Positions 53,616 through 64,000 of a stretch of 64,000 nt of DNA are shown one piece after another. A model generated the notes under the pieces. It had not been told where the DNA came from and did no database searches. It saw nothing but the letters and a program-made list of their open reading frames with translations. Location: contig NW_021836173.1 in NCBI RefSeq assembly GCF_006345805.1, positions 1 through 64,000 on the forward strand, written 5' to 3'. The stretch is from Octopus sinensis (taxonomy: Eukaryota). Position 1 is the stretch's first letter; every line of letters starts with the position of its first letter. A program made the translations under genes and the position numbers.

Positions 53616-53811
53616 CACAAGAGAAATTTTTTTATTTTATTACCAATCACATAGAACTGCATTAAACACTAGCAGTATGAAGCATGTGGCATCATATACA
53701 CCTCTGATTACATGCACAGATACATACACGTGAAAATATTCAAATTCAAATATATGGTTTAAAAAAAAACCAAGTAAACATTTGTGACAATCAAAGAAAA
53801 TTCTCTTTTAG

Positions 53812-53877
53812 CCACCACCACCACCGCCACCACCACCACCACCACCACAACCACCACCACCACCACCACCACCACCA
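53812..53877. repeat. (ACC)n microsatellite
   Basis: About 22 CCA units. Confidence 0.95.
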
Positions 53878-54044
53878 TAGAATCTCAAACTTTGACCTTC
53901 ACAATCATCACATACGCAACAGCAGCAGCAGCAATAAATAACAGTAACACAATTGTCTTCATTTGTTTTTTAAATCTAAGTGAAATATGACTTATTTGGT
54001 GGTCGTGGCAGGCTTTGATTCAAAGTTGAAGTCTCTTTTTTAAA

Positions 54045-55890
54045 ACTAGGATTGTGATTTAAGGGAAATTTGGCTGCTATTTCAAGCAATAGAGCGTAAT
54101 ATCTAAAGACATACATTGTTTTGTCTCGTAGTGGTAGTGGTGGTCACTTTTTTTAAGACAAGTTGTGATTCAAGGGCAATTTGACTTCTATTTCTAACAA
54201 GCCAAAATGTAGCGTTGGGGAAGTATGTCCCCCTCCCACTCCCGTTGACTTATATAGTGTTGAAAGGTGGTGGTGGTGGTGACCAATTGAAAGGGACAGG
54301 TGAAGTGTTCTCAGTTTGTGGTTGGGTGATTGAGTGGATGGAGGGTGATGGAGGTGTGGAGCAAGAAGGAAACAAATGCATGGAGAAAGGGAGGGAGTAA
54401 CAGGTTACTTTATGCTCCACCACCTCAGCCAGTCATCATTACCACCATCATTGTTAACATCAGTAATCCCTTATTCTCATCATCATCATCATCATCATCA
54501 CCTGTATGAGCAAGCATAGGTGTACATTTTTCATCCTACTGTACCATCAACTGTTGTCATCAGAAACATCATCATCACTACCATCCAGCATCCTTAATAC
54601 TCTATCCCCATCACCCCCACCCCATTATCAATCACCCATCATCACCATCTTTTATCCTTAATACTGTTATCATCACAATCAACAACATTATTCTCACCTT
54701 CCCAACCACCACCACCACCATCAACAATGATAGTTAGTAGTAGTAGTTTTAGTTGTTGTTGTTGCTGTAATGGCTTTAGCCCAATGTCAGCTTTGATTGA
54801 GCATATCTATTCATGATTAAAGGTTATGGTCATCCCATTTATTAGTTTCCGGCTATAACCATCCCATTTATTCATTTTCTAGGCACTATGTCCTGTGGAC
54901 TGCATTATCCAATTTGTCTTTCACTTTTTTGCTGCTATTTCTAGCATGTCGGGTGATCACATAGAGGCTCTCTTGTCACCAGGTGGCACTGGGAGGGATG
55001 GACACAGTGACAGCAGTGGTTGTGGTCATAGTGGTGGTGGTGGTTGCAGAGCCAGTAGCAGTCTAAACCTCCACCACTACTGCCACCATTATTTAAACTA
55101 CTTCAACAATGATGGTCAGACAGTCAGTCATTCTAGTTATTGCTTAAACCCTAAGGTCCAACCTATTCAAAGGTATTCCAGTCATGACCATCCCATTTTT
55201 TAAAATTCTAGGCATATTGTTTTTATCTTTTAGTTTACGGATGGTACAGTGTAATATTTACAGGAGAAACAGGGAATTTCACTGTTATTTCTAGTAAGAT
55301 GAGCAACCACATGGTCATTCCAGAATAACAGTTCTGTTGTTGATTCCATTCAGTAAGTGGATCAATTCCTTTGGCCAGAGAATCAGTGTGTCAGTGCAGT
55401 GAATCGATTGATCAGCTTAATATGGTGTGATCTTGAAGGCACTTATGTCATTTGGTTTGATGAAGAGGTGAGACTGAGAGAGAGAGGAGTTACTCTCATA
55501 CAGCAAAGACAGAGATGTGCTGCGAATGTCCTTCAGTTTTATATCTTTGAATAAAGAGTTCAAGTCCACCTAGTAACAAAAAAAAAAGAAACAAATTAAC
55601 TAATTAGATAATTTCATTTAAAGACAGTTAAAAAAAAAGTAAAAAAATCATTCAATTAAAAACGATGAGGGATATGCAAGTGAAAATTAACAAAATAATT
55701 TTTTTTTTACTTTCAGAGAGGGTAGGGCAGTAGCCATGTGTGTGTGTCTGTGAGCACCTGAGTGTGTGTTTTCTTCCTTTTTCCCCTGGGTGAGAGATAA
55801 AAGAAAGTTACTCTTGATCCAAAGACTGGATTTGAGGGAGAGCTAACTGATATTTCTAACAGATCAAGTAACGATACAGAGGCTCCGTTG
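54045..55890 (+). repeat. Cluster of short dispersed-repeat fragments (unclassified family)
   Basis: Motif GTGATTTAAGGGAAATTTGGCTGCTATTTCTAGCA recurs degenerately near 54055, 54165, 54930, 55270 and 55830. TTTAGCCC...AAAGGT...ATGACCATCCCATTT occurs near 54775 and 55145. Interspersed with (CAT)n and (GGT)n tracts. Confidence 0.55.
55417..55569 (-). CDS. MAN2A1: Golgi alpha-mannosidase II (GH38), terminal coding exon
   Basis: Acceptor TTTTTGTTACTAG|GTG. Translates VDLNSLFKDIKLKDIRSTSLSLLYESNSSLSQSHLFIKPNDISAFKITPY*, matching the family C-terminal SLSL...PxxISxF pattern. Phase 0 fits the previous exon. Not in the ORF track (under 60 aa). The symbol denotes the MAN2A1/MAN2A2 family. Confidence 0.85.
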   Translation of the reverse strand: MDLNSLFKDIKLKDIRSTSLSLLYESNSSLSQSHLFIKPNDISAFKITPY

Positions 55891-55973
55891 TCTCTGTGTT
55901 GTTATAGTAACAGTGTTAGTAGGATGGTGGTGGTAGTGACAGGTGTTGCAAAAGGTAGCTATAAGATTCTTAC

Positions 55974-56306
55974 CTTTCCATTTCCAATTGTGCAACTGAG
56001 TCCCAGGTTGGGGAAATCACAGTCAAATGAGAAGCGGTGCAAGATGAGTGCAGCACTGTTCTGTGGCACAAATTTTAGGCTGGGGTCATCATCCTTGTTC
56101 TGCAAAGTGCGTAGGTTCAACAGATGCACATCACATGTCAGACCACTGCTACTGCCATCAAGGGTAGAAGAGAAGGAAGGTAACAGCTGAAGATCAATAT
56201 TACTACTGTCGGGATTCCTTGGTGACACATACAGTGGGTGGATGAGGTGCAATGAAGTGAGATGGGCCAGCAATGAGAGAGGTTTTACTTGGTTCTTCAT
56301 TTCAAG
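55974..56306 (-). CDS. MAN2A1: Golgi alpha-mannosidase II, penultimate coding exon (333 bp)
   Basis: Acceptor TTTTTTGCAG|CTT and donor AAG|GTAAGA. Peptide contains PLSLLAHLTSLHLIHP, LTCDVHLLNLRTL and AALILHRFSFDC, typical of the GH38 C-terminal beta-sandwich. Confidence 0.9.
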
Positions 56307-56984
56307 CTGCAAAAAATATATTTGGGGGAGATAGTTGATATAGTTTGTTAGAGCTTTATAATTTCAAAGAAAAATTTTAACAATAATTAAAAAGGAATCT
56401 GATTTAACAAGTTACTATACTTTCAAAAGCTCTACTCCACTACTAATTAGGACATGTAAGTTGTGCCAAATTAACATCAACATAGAAGAATGTAATATTA
56501 TAGAGATTTTAAACTCTTCATGACACATCATTTAACTCCCCCGCCCCCTAGTCATGCAATCCCAAAAATGGCAATGCACCGAAGTGAATAAAAAAAAAAG
56601 ATTAACAATTCTCTTGTAATATTCTCTAATATTTAGGCTTAAAAACCAAACAAAAAAATGCAATTCTATGCACAAATTACTGTGGTTGAGAAGAATTGTA
56701 CATAATGCATAAGAGGGAAGACAGTGCTGGCATAGGTAAGTAATGTCTATGGAAAATTTCAGTCATGCCAAAACTGTTGAGCAGTCCAAGTGATGGAATT
56801 TGTGAAAGGAAGAGACCATGGGAAGAAATGGTGAAAGCTTGGAGGAATGGGGAGACAAAAATGGACAGAAAACTGAGGATGGTGATGGTAATGGTAGTAG
56901 TGGTAGGATGAATAATAGAAACATTTGGGGGTCTGTTTTACACCCATTGTAATGTGGCTCTATTATAGACCATTTTGATAATGA

Positions 56985-58030
56985 ATAAACAGCAACCTTA
57001 TTATCATGGCTGATGACTTTAATGGATATGTTAGGCTACACATAGATACCTACTCATGCACACATGGAAGCTATAGATATAGTAAAAGGAATGAAGGCTC
57101 AGTGTTTTGTAGCACAAATGACCAAGACATTTGCAACGTTATCTTCCAGAAAAAAACCCAGTCACATGACCATCTGCTGCTCATGTGAACATGTATGCCA
57201 AAAAAATTACACACTCACTAGGAAACAGGACGGCCAGCTAATTATGAAAGCTAAGTTTTTCACGGGTGAAGAATGTAGCATTCAACATAGTTTGATGATT
57301 AGTAACTTGAAAAACAAGAATTACACAGACTCAGAGATGAGACAATCTGGAGAAAGGTGTGGAAACTGAAAGATCTCTATAAAACACTGATTCAAAGAGA
57401 TTTCAGATGAGGAATATGTTGAGAAGGAAAAATGACCTAAGACAAAGAGTATAAATATAGAAGACAGCCTGCTGCAGCAAAGTTTCAACCAAACATGATG
57501 ATATGATGGGGGAATGGTACAAGAGACAGACCCATCAAAGCTATATGACTGATAAGATGAGAGTAGGGAAGAACATCAAGAAACTAGATGAAAAGCTAGA
57601 CAACATAAAGCAAAGAAAGAAGCAGAAAATAAGAGGTTTGTCAATGTACTATGATGAGAGGGGTAAAGTGTTTTAAATTGCAAAGCAGTGTGTCAGTATG
57701 TGAATCAATACATCATTCAGGAAAAGTATATCTAGAGTGACAATAGTACACTCTCCATTACCATGCTGAGAAGAAATTCTTGGAAATGCTGCTATGAAAA
57801 GTTGATGAATATAGAGAAAGTGTGGGAAACAGAAGCCTTCTCTATATAAAGCCAACAGAAGGATGAGTTAAGAAGATGACACCTGTAGAGTCAAAGTGAT
57901 TGAAAAACATTAAAGGAGGGAAGGCAGGTGGCCTGTCAAGGATAGTCAATGAAGTGGTGAAAATCAAAGTAGGGATAGTGCTAGTCACTTGTGTAGTCAG
58001 TCATGTAGTACAAAGAGGTGATATGCCCTC
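56985..58030 (+). mobile_element. Old, heavily decayed RTE LINE fragment in an intron (endonuclease to RT start)
   Basis: IMADDFNGYV...THGSYRYSKRNEG...FCSTND (APE motif GDFNGHVG), EECSIQHSLMISN, and IKGGKAGGLSRIVNEVVKI, which is homologous to MKTGKAPGPSGITAEMLKI at 50284. Many stops. Confidence 0.8.
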
Positions 58031-58114
58031 ATTCACTCACTCATTCATTTGTCAAAATATTCAGACTCAACACAAAATTATTCACAGAAAGAAATTAATA
58101 TTAAATATACTCAC

Positions 58115-59162
58115 AAGAGGGGAAATCTTTCTTATTTCAAGAAGAAGCCGGAATTTGTTAGGGGTCTGTTTGTTATCAAGCACACCCTGGCCCAGACCTC
58201 GGCTATCATCTTGGTTGAGGCGACGGTCCAACATCACTTCCATCTCACCAGGCTTCAGATAGGCAGCTCCAAGTGACTGACCAGACAAGATGTTTAATCG
58301 TTTCTGAGAATTCTCCACAAACATAGCAGTTGGCATGGGATAGTAGTTGGCCTGCAAAGGCAACTTGCTGTATGTTTTACGCCGGTGCATCTGGAAACCA
58401 TTTAGGTCAGTGTGGAAAGAGTTGTCCTCACTCTTAATATCACTACACACCCTCATGGCCATCTCAAAGTTCAGCTTGTCTCTAATGTCCACTATATTGT
58501 AGATGTCCAGTGACAAACTGTCTGCACCTGGTGAATTATATAACCTCACAACATGCTCTACATTTTCCACAAAGACACTCACTTCAGACACAACAGTGCC
58601 TTGAATGACATGAATGAATGGGTCGACAATTGTTACTTCTCGACCTTCACCATCTGGCAGGAATAGATAAGCACCACTCTTTTCAGAAGATTTTCGAGTG
58701 CCATATGTTACAAATTTGATGCTGACTGGGTGTGTAATACCCTCTGCTTTAAATGTGATGTTTTGTAACAGCCCTGTTGCCTGGCTGAAGCCAGCCTTCA
58801 TGTAATAGTTCTCAAGACTGAACGGCTTTGATGGGGACTTCTTTATTGTGAACACTGAACTGGAATGTTCCATGTTCATGTTTGAGTTGTAAAATGTTAT
58901 CTCCGATGGCACAGCTTTTTTTGTGGACAGTTTGTGTGTTTTCTCGATTGTGTATTGGCAAATGCCCAATGCTTGGATGGCCATCACAAATGACACCTTG
59001 TAGACGTCTGTGGAGACAGAATCCCGGTCAGTCCAGAACAAGTCAATCTGTGAAGGAATGATCTTTCCCCTAGGATCTCTGACAATAACAAATGGGGAGT
59101 CAACATAGACACTCACCACAGTATCTCGCTTATGCGCCAATGAGTTGTAAAATATAACAGAC
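58115..59162 (-). CDS. MAN2A1: Golgi alpha-mannosidase II, large internal exon (1048 bp)
   Basis: Acceptor TTTTCTAG|G TCT GTT (SVIFYNSLAHKR) and donor CTT|GTGAGT. GH38 motifs SGAYLFLPDG, FHTDLNGFQM, KLPLQANYYPMP and EVMLDRRLNQDDSRGLGQGVLDN. No upstream exon was found in the window. Confidence 0.96.
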
Positions 59163-59554
59163 CTAGAAAATTACAATAAAATATAATTAAATCAATAAGA
59201 GTGTTGTAGTTTGCTTGAAGCATTGTAGAAGAAGGGAAAGTGCAAAGGCCGATCCTCAGAAGGAAACAGTGTAGGAAATGTTCAGTCACACCAGATATAA
59301 CTGGACATTTCCCAGACTGTTTCCTTCTGAGGATGGACTTTTGTGCCTTAAATATCAAGGATTTTATAAAACTTTTGGCATTGTTAGAAGCTTAATTTTT
59401 TCTTTCCTTTTCCTTCTTCCATAATTAAATTATTGTAATCATAATATATAAAGAAAGAAAAACAAAGCAAAACATGGTCTATCCCTGGGGTAGACAGAGC
59501 TGTGTAGTGAAAATATATCGTAACAATTATATTACTGAACTAATGAGAATTGTT

Positions 59555-60405
59555 TCTAATTTAGGTGATAAGGCCAGCAATTTGGGGAAAAGGGTGTTTG
59601 TCAATTCCAATTAATCCAGTAAAATGACTAGTTTTTCACTTTATTGACTGAAAAGGAATGAAACATAAAGTTGACTAATGCAGAATTTGAACTCAAAATG
59701 TAAGAAGCCAGAACAAATAGAGCAAGAAAGTTTGTCCAGTGCTTATAACAGTTCTGCCAATCTACTGCTTTAACAACAACAACGGTTTCAAATTTTGGCA
59801 CATGGTTAGCAATTTTGGGGGAGGGGTTAAGTTGATTATATCAACTACAGCTTATTTTAACTTCAAAAGGATGAAAGACAAAGGTGATTTTGGAGGCATT
59901 TGAACTCAGAACATAAAGAGAGACAAAATGCCACAAAGCATTTTTCCTGGTGTGCTAACAATTCTGCCAGTTCACCACCTTAGATATTGATTTCAAATTT
60001 TGGCACAAGGTCTGAAATTTTGGGGAAGGGGTTAAGTCAATTACACCACTTCCAGTGTTTAACTGGTACTAATTTTACTGGCCCGAAGGGATGAAAGGCA
60101 AAGTCGACTGTAGTAGAATTTGAACTCAGAACGTAAAGTTGGATGAAATGATGCTAAGCATTTTGCCCAGAGTGCTAACGATTCTGCCAGAAGAAAAAAT
60201 CCTTTCTACTCTAGGCACAAGACCTGAAATTTGTGGAGGGGAGGGTACTAGTTGATTACATTGACCCCAGTGTTTACTGGTACTTAATTTACTGAGACCA
60301 AAAGGATGAAAAGCAAAATTGACCTAGGCGGAATTTGAACTTAGGATGTAAAGGTGGACGAAATGCTACTAAGCATTTTGCTCACTGTGGTAAGGATTCT
60401 GCCAA
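59555..60405 (-). mobile_element. Four head-to-tail tRNA-derived SINE copies (about 215-bp spacing)
   Basis: On the minus strand each copy has A-box-like TGGCAGAAT..TTAG, B-box GAGTTCAAATTC and core GTCGACTTTGCCTTTCATCCTT. B-box complements lie at 59683, 59896, 60116 and 60331. Confidence 0.88.
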
Positions 60406-60830
60406 TAATTCTAACAAAGGCAACAGCAACAAGGAAGGAATCAGTCAATCCCACTTACATGCTACTTTGTACATGGAATTGATGCAAAGAAATCCATCAG
60501 AACCATGCCAGCAAAGGAAAATGGATAATGATTATGATGATGATAGTAATGGTTCCTAAAATAGGCACATTCACACATTCTTGGGGAATAGGAGAGAGGG
60601 AACCAACAATATCCAACAATTTTGGTTACATAGACCTCTATATAACCAAATATAAAAGAGTGAACTACAGTGGGCTATGATGATGTAATGAAAGCCATAG
60701 GAAAAAAAAATTTAATTCTATATTACCACCTGAGTTAGGTAATCTTAAGTACTTATCTTATATATTGTTATTAATGTTTACCAGAAAAAAAATCAGCGTT
60801 CATTGAATAAAAACTGAAAATATTGTTGTT

Positions 60831-60905
60831 GAGAGAGAGAGAGAGAGAGAATGAGAGAGTGTGTGCATCTGTAGATAGAGAGAGACAGTGAGAGAAAGAG
60901 AGAGG
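60831..60905. repeat. (GA)n-rich microsatellite
   Basis: GAGAGA runs. Confidence 0.85.
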
Positions 60906-61398
60906 CAGCATTCATCAATAAAGGGAAAAGGGTTTTGTTGAGAGAGAAGGCAAGAGGCACTGTTTGACTCCCTCTCTCATTGTTATCACCATTTTGTCTC
61001 TTCTCTTTTTTACTCTTACTTACATTGCTACTTCCTTATTGCATGATTTTGGACAAACTTACAAACAAGCTTATTATTATAATAATTATAATAAATTATT
61101 TACACATGAAAACTTTTAAAAATTAGGTTTTGTATAGTTGCACCAGGATGAGTTCAGACCAGTCAGTATCAAAAGACTTATAAGCAGAAGCCAAACAAGC
61201 AAATGGTATAAGGAGTTATGTACCTTGCTTAAGGAGGCATTAAATGAGACAAATGTTGTTAGAGGAGTTCTCCTCCTAACATCCATTTGCACTTTCATGG
61301 AAAACACCAGTGAAGCTCAAAGATCAACTTTAAATTTGTATTTTGTTTCATTTAAGATATGTGAATATTTTCAATATATTTTATATAGAAATTACAAT

Positions 61399-61520
61399 TG
61401 TGTGTCAAGAAAGCTTCCCAACCACCTAGTTCCTAGTTCAGTCCCACTGCATGGCACATTGGAAAGTGTCTTTGTGAGTGGATTTATTAGATGGAAACTG
61501 AAAGAAGCCTGTTGTATATA
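61399..61520 (+). mobile_element. Internally deleted tRNA-derived SINE
   Basis: GCTTCCCAACCACCTAGTTCCTAGTTCAGTCCCACTGCATGGCACATTGG...TTGTGAGTGGATTT...GGAAACTGAAAGAAGCCTGTTGTATATA. Head similar to 52988-53090. Confidence 0.65.
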
Positions 61521-62353
61521 AGGTCCTGGGATGGTAGAAAGATAGGATATATCCTATGCAGCACTCAACCTGAATTTTAGGCTATCTACACTGTCAGATT
61601 TCAGACTAATATCAAAATTCTTCAGGTGTAGAAAATCTAGGCTTCACAAAGGTAAAACCGTTGTATGGATTTTGTGAAGAGTTAGAGTGGCATTTCTTCA
61701 GACCTACGACAAAAGTACGCACTTACATTGTGCATCTGCCAGGCTGTGTGTTTTGCTTACATCAGGAGAAAACAAAAAAGTAAACAGAATAAAGATAAAA
61801 ATGTAAACTGACTGTGAAAAATGGACAGGACAAGAACATTGTTAATACCAAAGTAAGTAAAAATATGGTTAGGGGATGAATAAGTAGTAAAAGAGGAAGA
61901 GGACAAAAAAATGAGGTAGAAGTGGAAGAAGTGGGAGGAGAAAGAAGAGAAGAAAGCGAAAGTGAATAGTTGAAAGGAAGAAGAGGAGTGATGTGGATTG
62001 TGATGCCAGAATTACCAGAATCAAATTATAATGGAAAAGTGAAAAGTAATTTTGGTGTAGAATCATAAATATAGAGTGATAAAATAAAGAAAATAACAAA
62101 TAAAAAAAAGGAAGGCTAATTGTAAAACAATATCAACAAAGACAGCAAGAATAATGAGAAGAAAATAATGATAGCAATACTACTACTACTATTATTAATA
62201 GTAATAAAGATAATTACGTTTATTTGCTTTGCAAGATTTTTGATGTGAAATCGTGTGTTGAAACAGATATTATTGTATTTAGGAATGGTCATTTTGCCAG
62301 TTTAGCCAATAAAAACACACGCACTATATATTTGGTGTTACTTTGCTTCAGCA

Positions 62354-64000
62354 TTGCAGGAGAAATATCTAGCCAAAGATAAGCCCCTGTACCTGGCTTT
62401 TGTTGACATGGAGAAAGCCTTCGACAGGGTCCCCCAATCCCTTATCTGGTGGTCAATGAGAAAACTAGGGATAGATGAATGGTTAGTGAGAGCTGTGCAA
62501 GCCATGTACAGGGACGCTGCTAGTAAGGTGAGGGTTGGCAATGAGTACAGTGAAGAATTCCGGGTAGAGATAGGGGTCCACCAAGGTTCAGTCCTCAGCT
62601 CCCTCCTATTTATCATAGTCCTCCAGGCAATAACAGAGGAATTCAAGACAGGATGCCCCTGGGAGCTCCTCTACGCTGATAACCTTGCTCTAATTGCTGA
62701 GTCACTATCAGAACTGGAGGAGAAGTTTCAGGTGTGGAAGCAAGGATTAGAATCGAAGGGCCTTAGAGTCAACCTAGCTAAAACCAAAGTCCTAATAAGT
62801 AGGAACGTAGACAAATCACAAACGCCTTCAGGTAGATGGCCCTGCTCGATCTGTAGAAAAGGCGTAGGTAGAAACTCTATAAGATGCACCAAGTGTAAGC
62901 TATGGACACATAAGGGGTGCAGCAACGTCAAGGGAAGGCTAACTAGGAAAATAGTTTTTGTATGTGGCAGATGCTCAGGAGCAATAAACACTGAAAATGC
63001 GCAGAGACCAACTTCCGCCACATTCCAGGGAGAAAAACTAGAAATAGTTGATAGCTTCCGTTACCTAGGTGACCAAGTCAGTAGCGGGGGCGGGTGTGTT
63101 AAAAGCGTAACTGCTAGAGTAAGAATAGCCTGGGAAAAGTTCAGAGAGCTCTTACTTCTGCTGGTGACAAAAGGCAGACTGTATGACGCATGTGTGCGAA
63201 CAGCCATGCTACATGGCAGTGAAACATGGGCCATGACAGCTGAGGATATGCGTAAGCTTGCAAGAAATGAAGCCAGTATGCTCCGATGGATGTGTAATGT
63301 CAGTGTTCATACTCGACAGAGTGTAAGTACCTTGAGAGAGAAGTTGGACCTAAGAAGCATCAGTTGTGGTGTGCAAGAGAGACGTTTGCGCTGGTATGGT
63401 CATGTGGCGAGAATGGATGAAGATAGTTGTGTGAAAAAGTTCCACACCCTAGCGGTTGAGGGAACCTGTGAAAGAGGTAGACCCAGGAAAACCTGGGATG
63501 TGGTGGTGAAGCACGACCTTCGAACTTTAGGTCTCACTGAGGAAATGACCAGAGACTGAGACCTATGGAAGTATGCTGTGCGTGAGAAGACCTGGCAGGA
63601 CAAGTGAGACCATAACCCATGGCCTCTACCTGGGATGTAGCCAGCCCACTTATGCATACCTTTCCTTCTAGGGACACAAAACTCTACTTGTGAAGACCTG
63701 TTGAGGCAAGTGAGAATCAGACTCGAAATCGATCAACATCAATGGAAATTGCAGCTGTGATACCAGTGCTAGCAGCACGTAAGGGAACCATCCGAACGTG
63801 GCCATTGCCAGTGCCGCCCTGACGAGCCTCCATGCCGGTGGCATGTAAAAAGCACCATCCAATCATGGCCGTTGCCAGCCTCACATGGCCCCCGTGCCAG
63901 TGGCACGTAAAAAGCACCATCCGGTCATGGCCATTGCCAGCCTCGCCTGGCCCCTGTGCTGGTGGCACGTAAAAAGCACCCACTACACTCATGGAGTGGT
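62354..64000 (+). mobile_element. 5'-truncated RTE-clade LINE: RT with embedded PHD-like finger, C-terminus and repetitive 3' UTR; non-functional
   Basis: 401-aa ORF: AFVDMEKAFDRVP, GVHQGSVLSSLLF, LLYADNLAL (YADD mutated), GLRVNLAKTK, FRYLG, RRLRWYGHVARM, RGRPRKTW. The TGA at 63557 interrupts D(R)DLWKYAV. The natural stop is probably at about 63607. Confidence 0.96.
63765..63980 (+). repeat. 62-66-bp tandem repeat in the RTE 3' UTR
   Basis: GCA(C/T)GTAA at 63775, 63841, 63903 and 63965. Confidence 0.85.

Noticed and set aside
52320-55203. Short ORFs between the Gypsy fragment and the mannosidase stop
   Set aside because: They overlap microsatellites and repeat fragments and have no recognisable domains.
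58082-59140. 352-aa ORF as a complete single-exon gene
   Set aside because: It starts at a TTG inside an exon and runs past the GTGAGT donor. It lacks the N-terminal catalytic GH38 domain, and splice sites define the exon as 58115-59162.
59555-60405. tRNA gene cluster
   Set aside because: A and B boxes are present but no intact cloverleaf is visible, and each head is followed by a SINE core and tail.
61560-61720. Candidate upstream mannosidase exon ending at AG|GTTGAG
   Set aside because: The required frame has a TAG stop four codons before the donor and shows no GH38 similarity.
62338-63657. Antisense ORFs over the RTE (and 49601..50065 over the other copy)
   Set aside because: These are shadow ORFs on the opposite strand of RT coding sequence.

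Overview
Eukaryotic (metazoan) DNA, most likely from an octopus or other cephalopod. This is inferred from the SINE and RTE families, the microsatellite load and the TTAGGG telomere motif, and is not proven. Left to right: (1) 1-37.65 kb is one tandem array of about 265 copies of a 141-bp AT-rich satellite with an internal 29-bp dyad and local higher-order repeats. (2) 37.65-46 kb holds three blocks of a second, GC-richer 185-bp satellite in +/-/+ orientation, with a near-perfect fold-back junction at about 44,703. These blocks are interleaved with degenerate palindromic relatives of the 141-mer. The 185-bp unit translates to the C-terminal end of an RTE-type LINE ORF eroded by CpG decay. (3) 46-49.5 kb is low-complexity DNA, a short (TTAGGG)n tract and a 1.6-kb degenerate (CCCTAA)n tract. 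(4) 49.5-64 kb is ordinary euchromatin-like DNA with RTE LINE relics, a Gypsy integrase fragment, tRNA-derived SINEs (including four in tandem) and the last three coding exons of a Golgi alpha-mannosidase II (GH38) gene on the minus strand. There is no CRISPR array, rRNA, functional tRNA or prokaryotic system. The novelty is structural: satellite birth from a LINE 3' end and from a fold-back repeat, next to a probable fossil telomere. All coordinates were counted by eye, so repeat boundaries are approximate.
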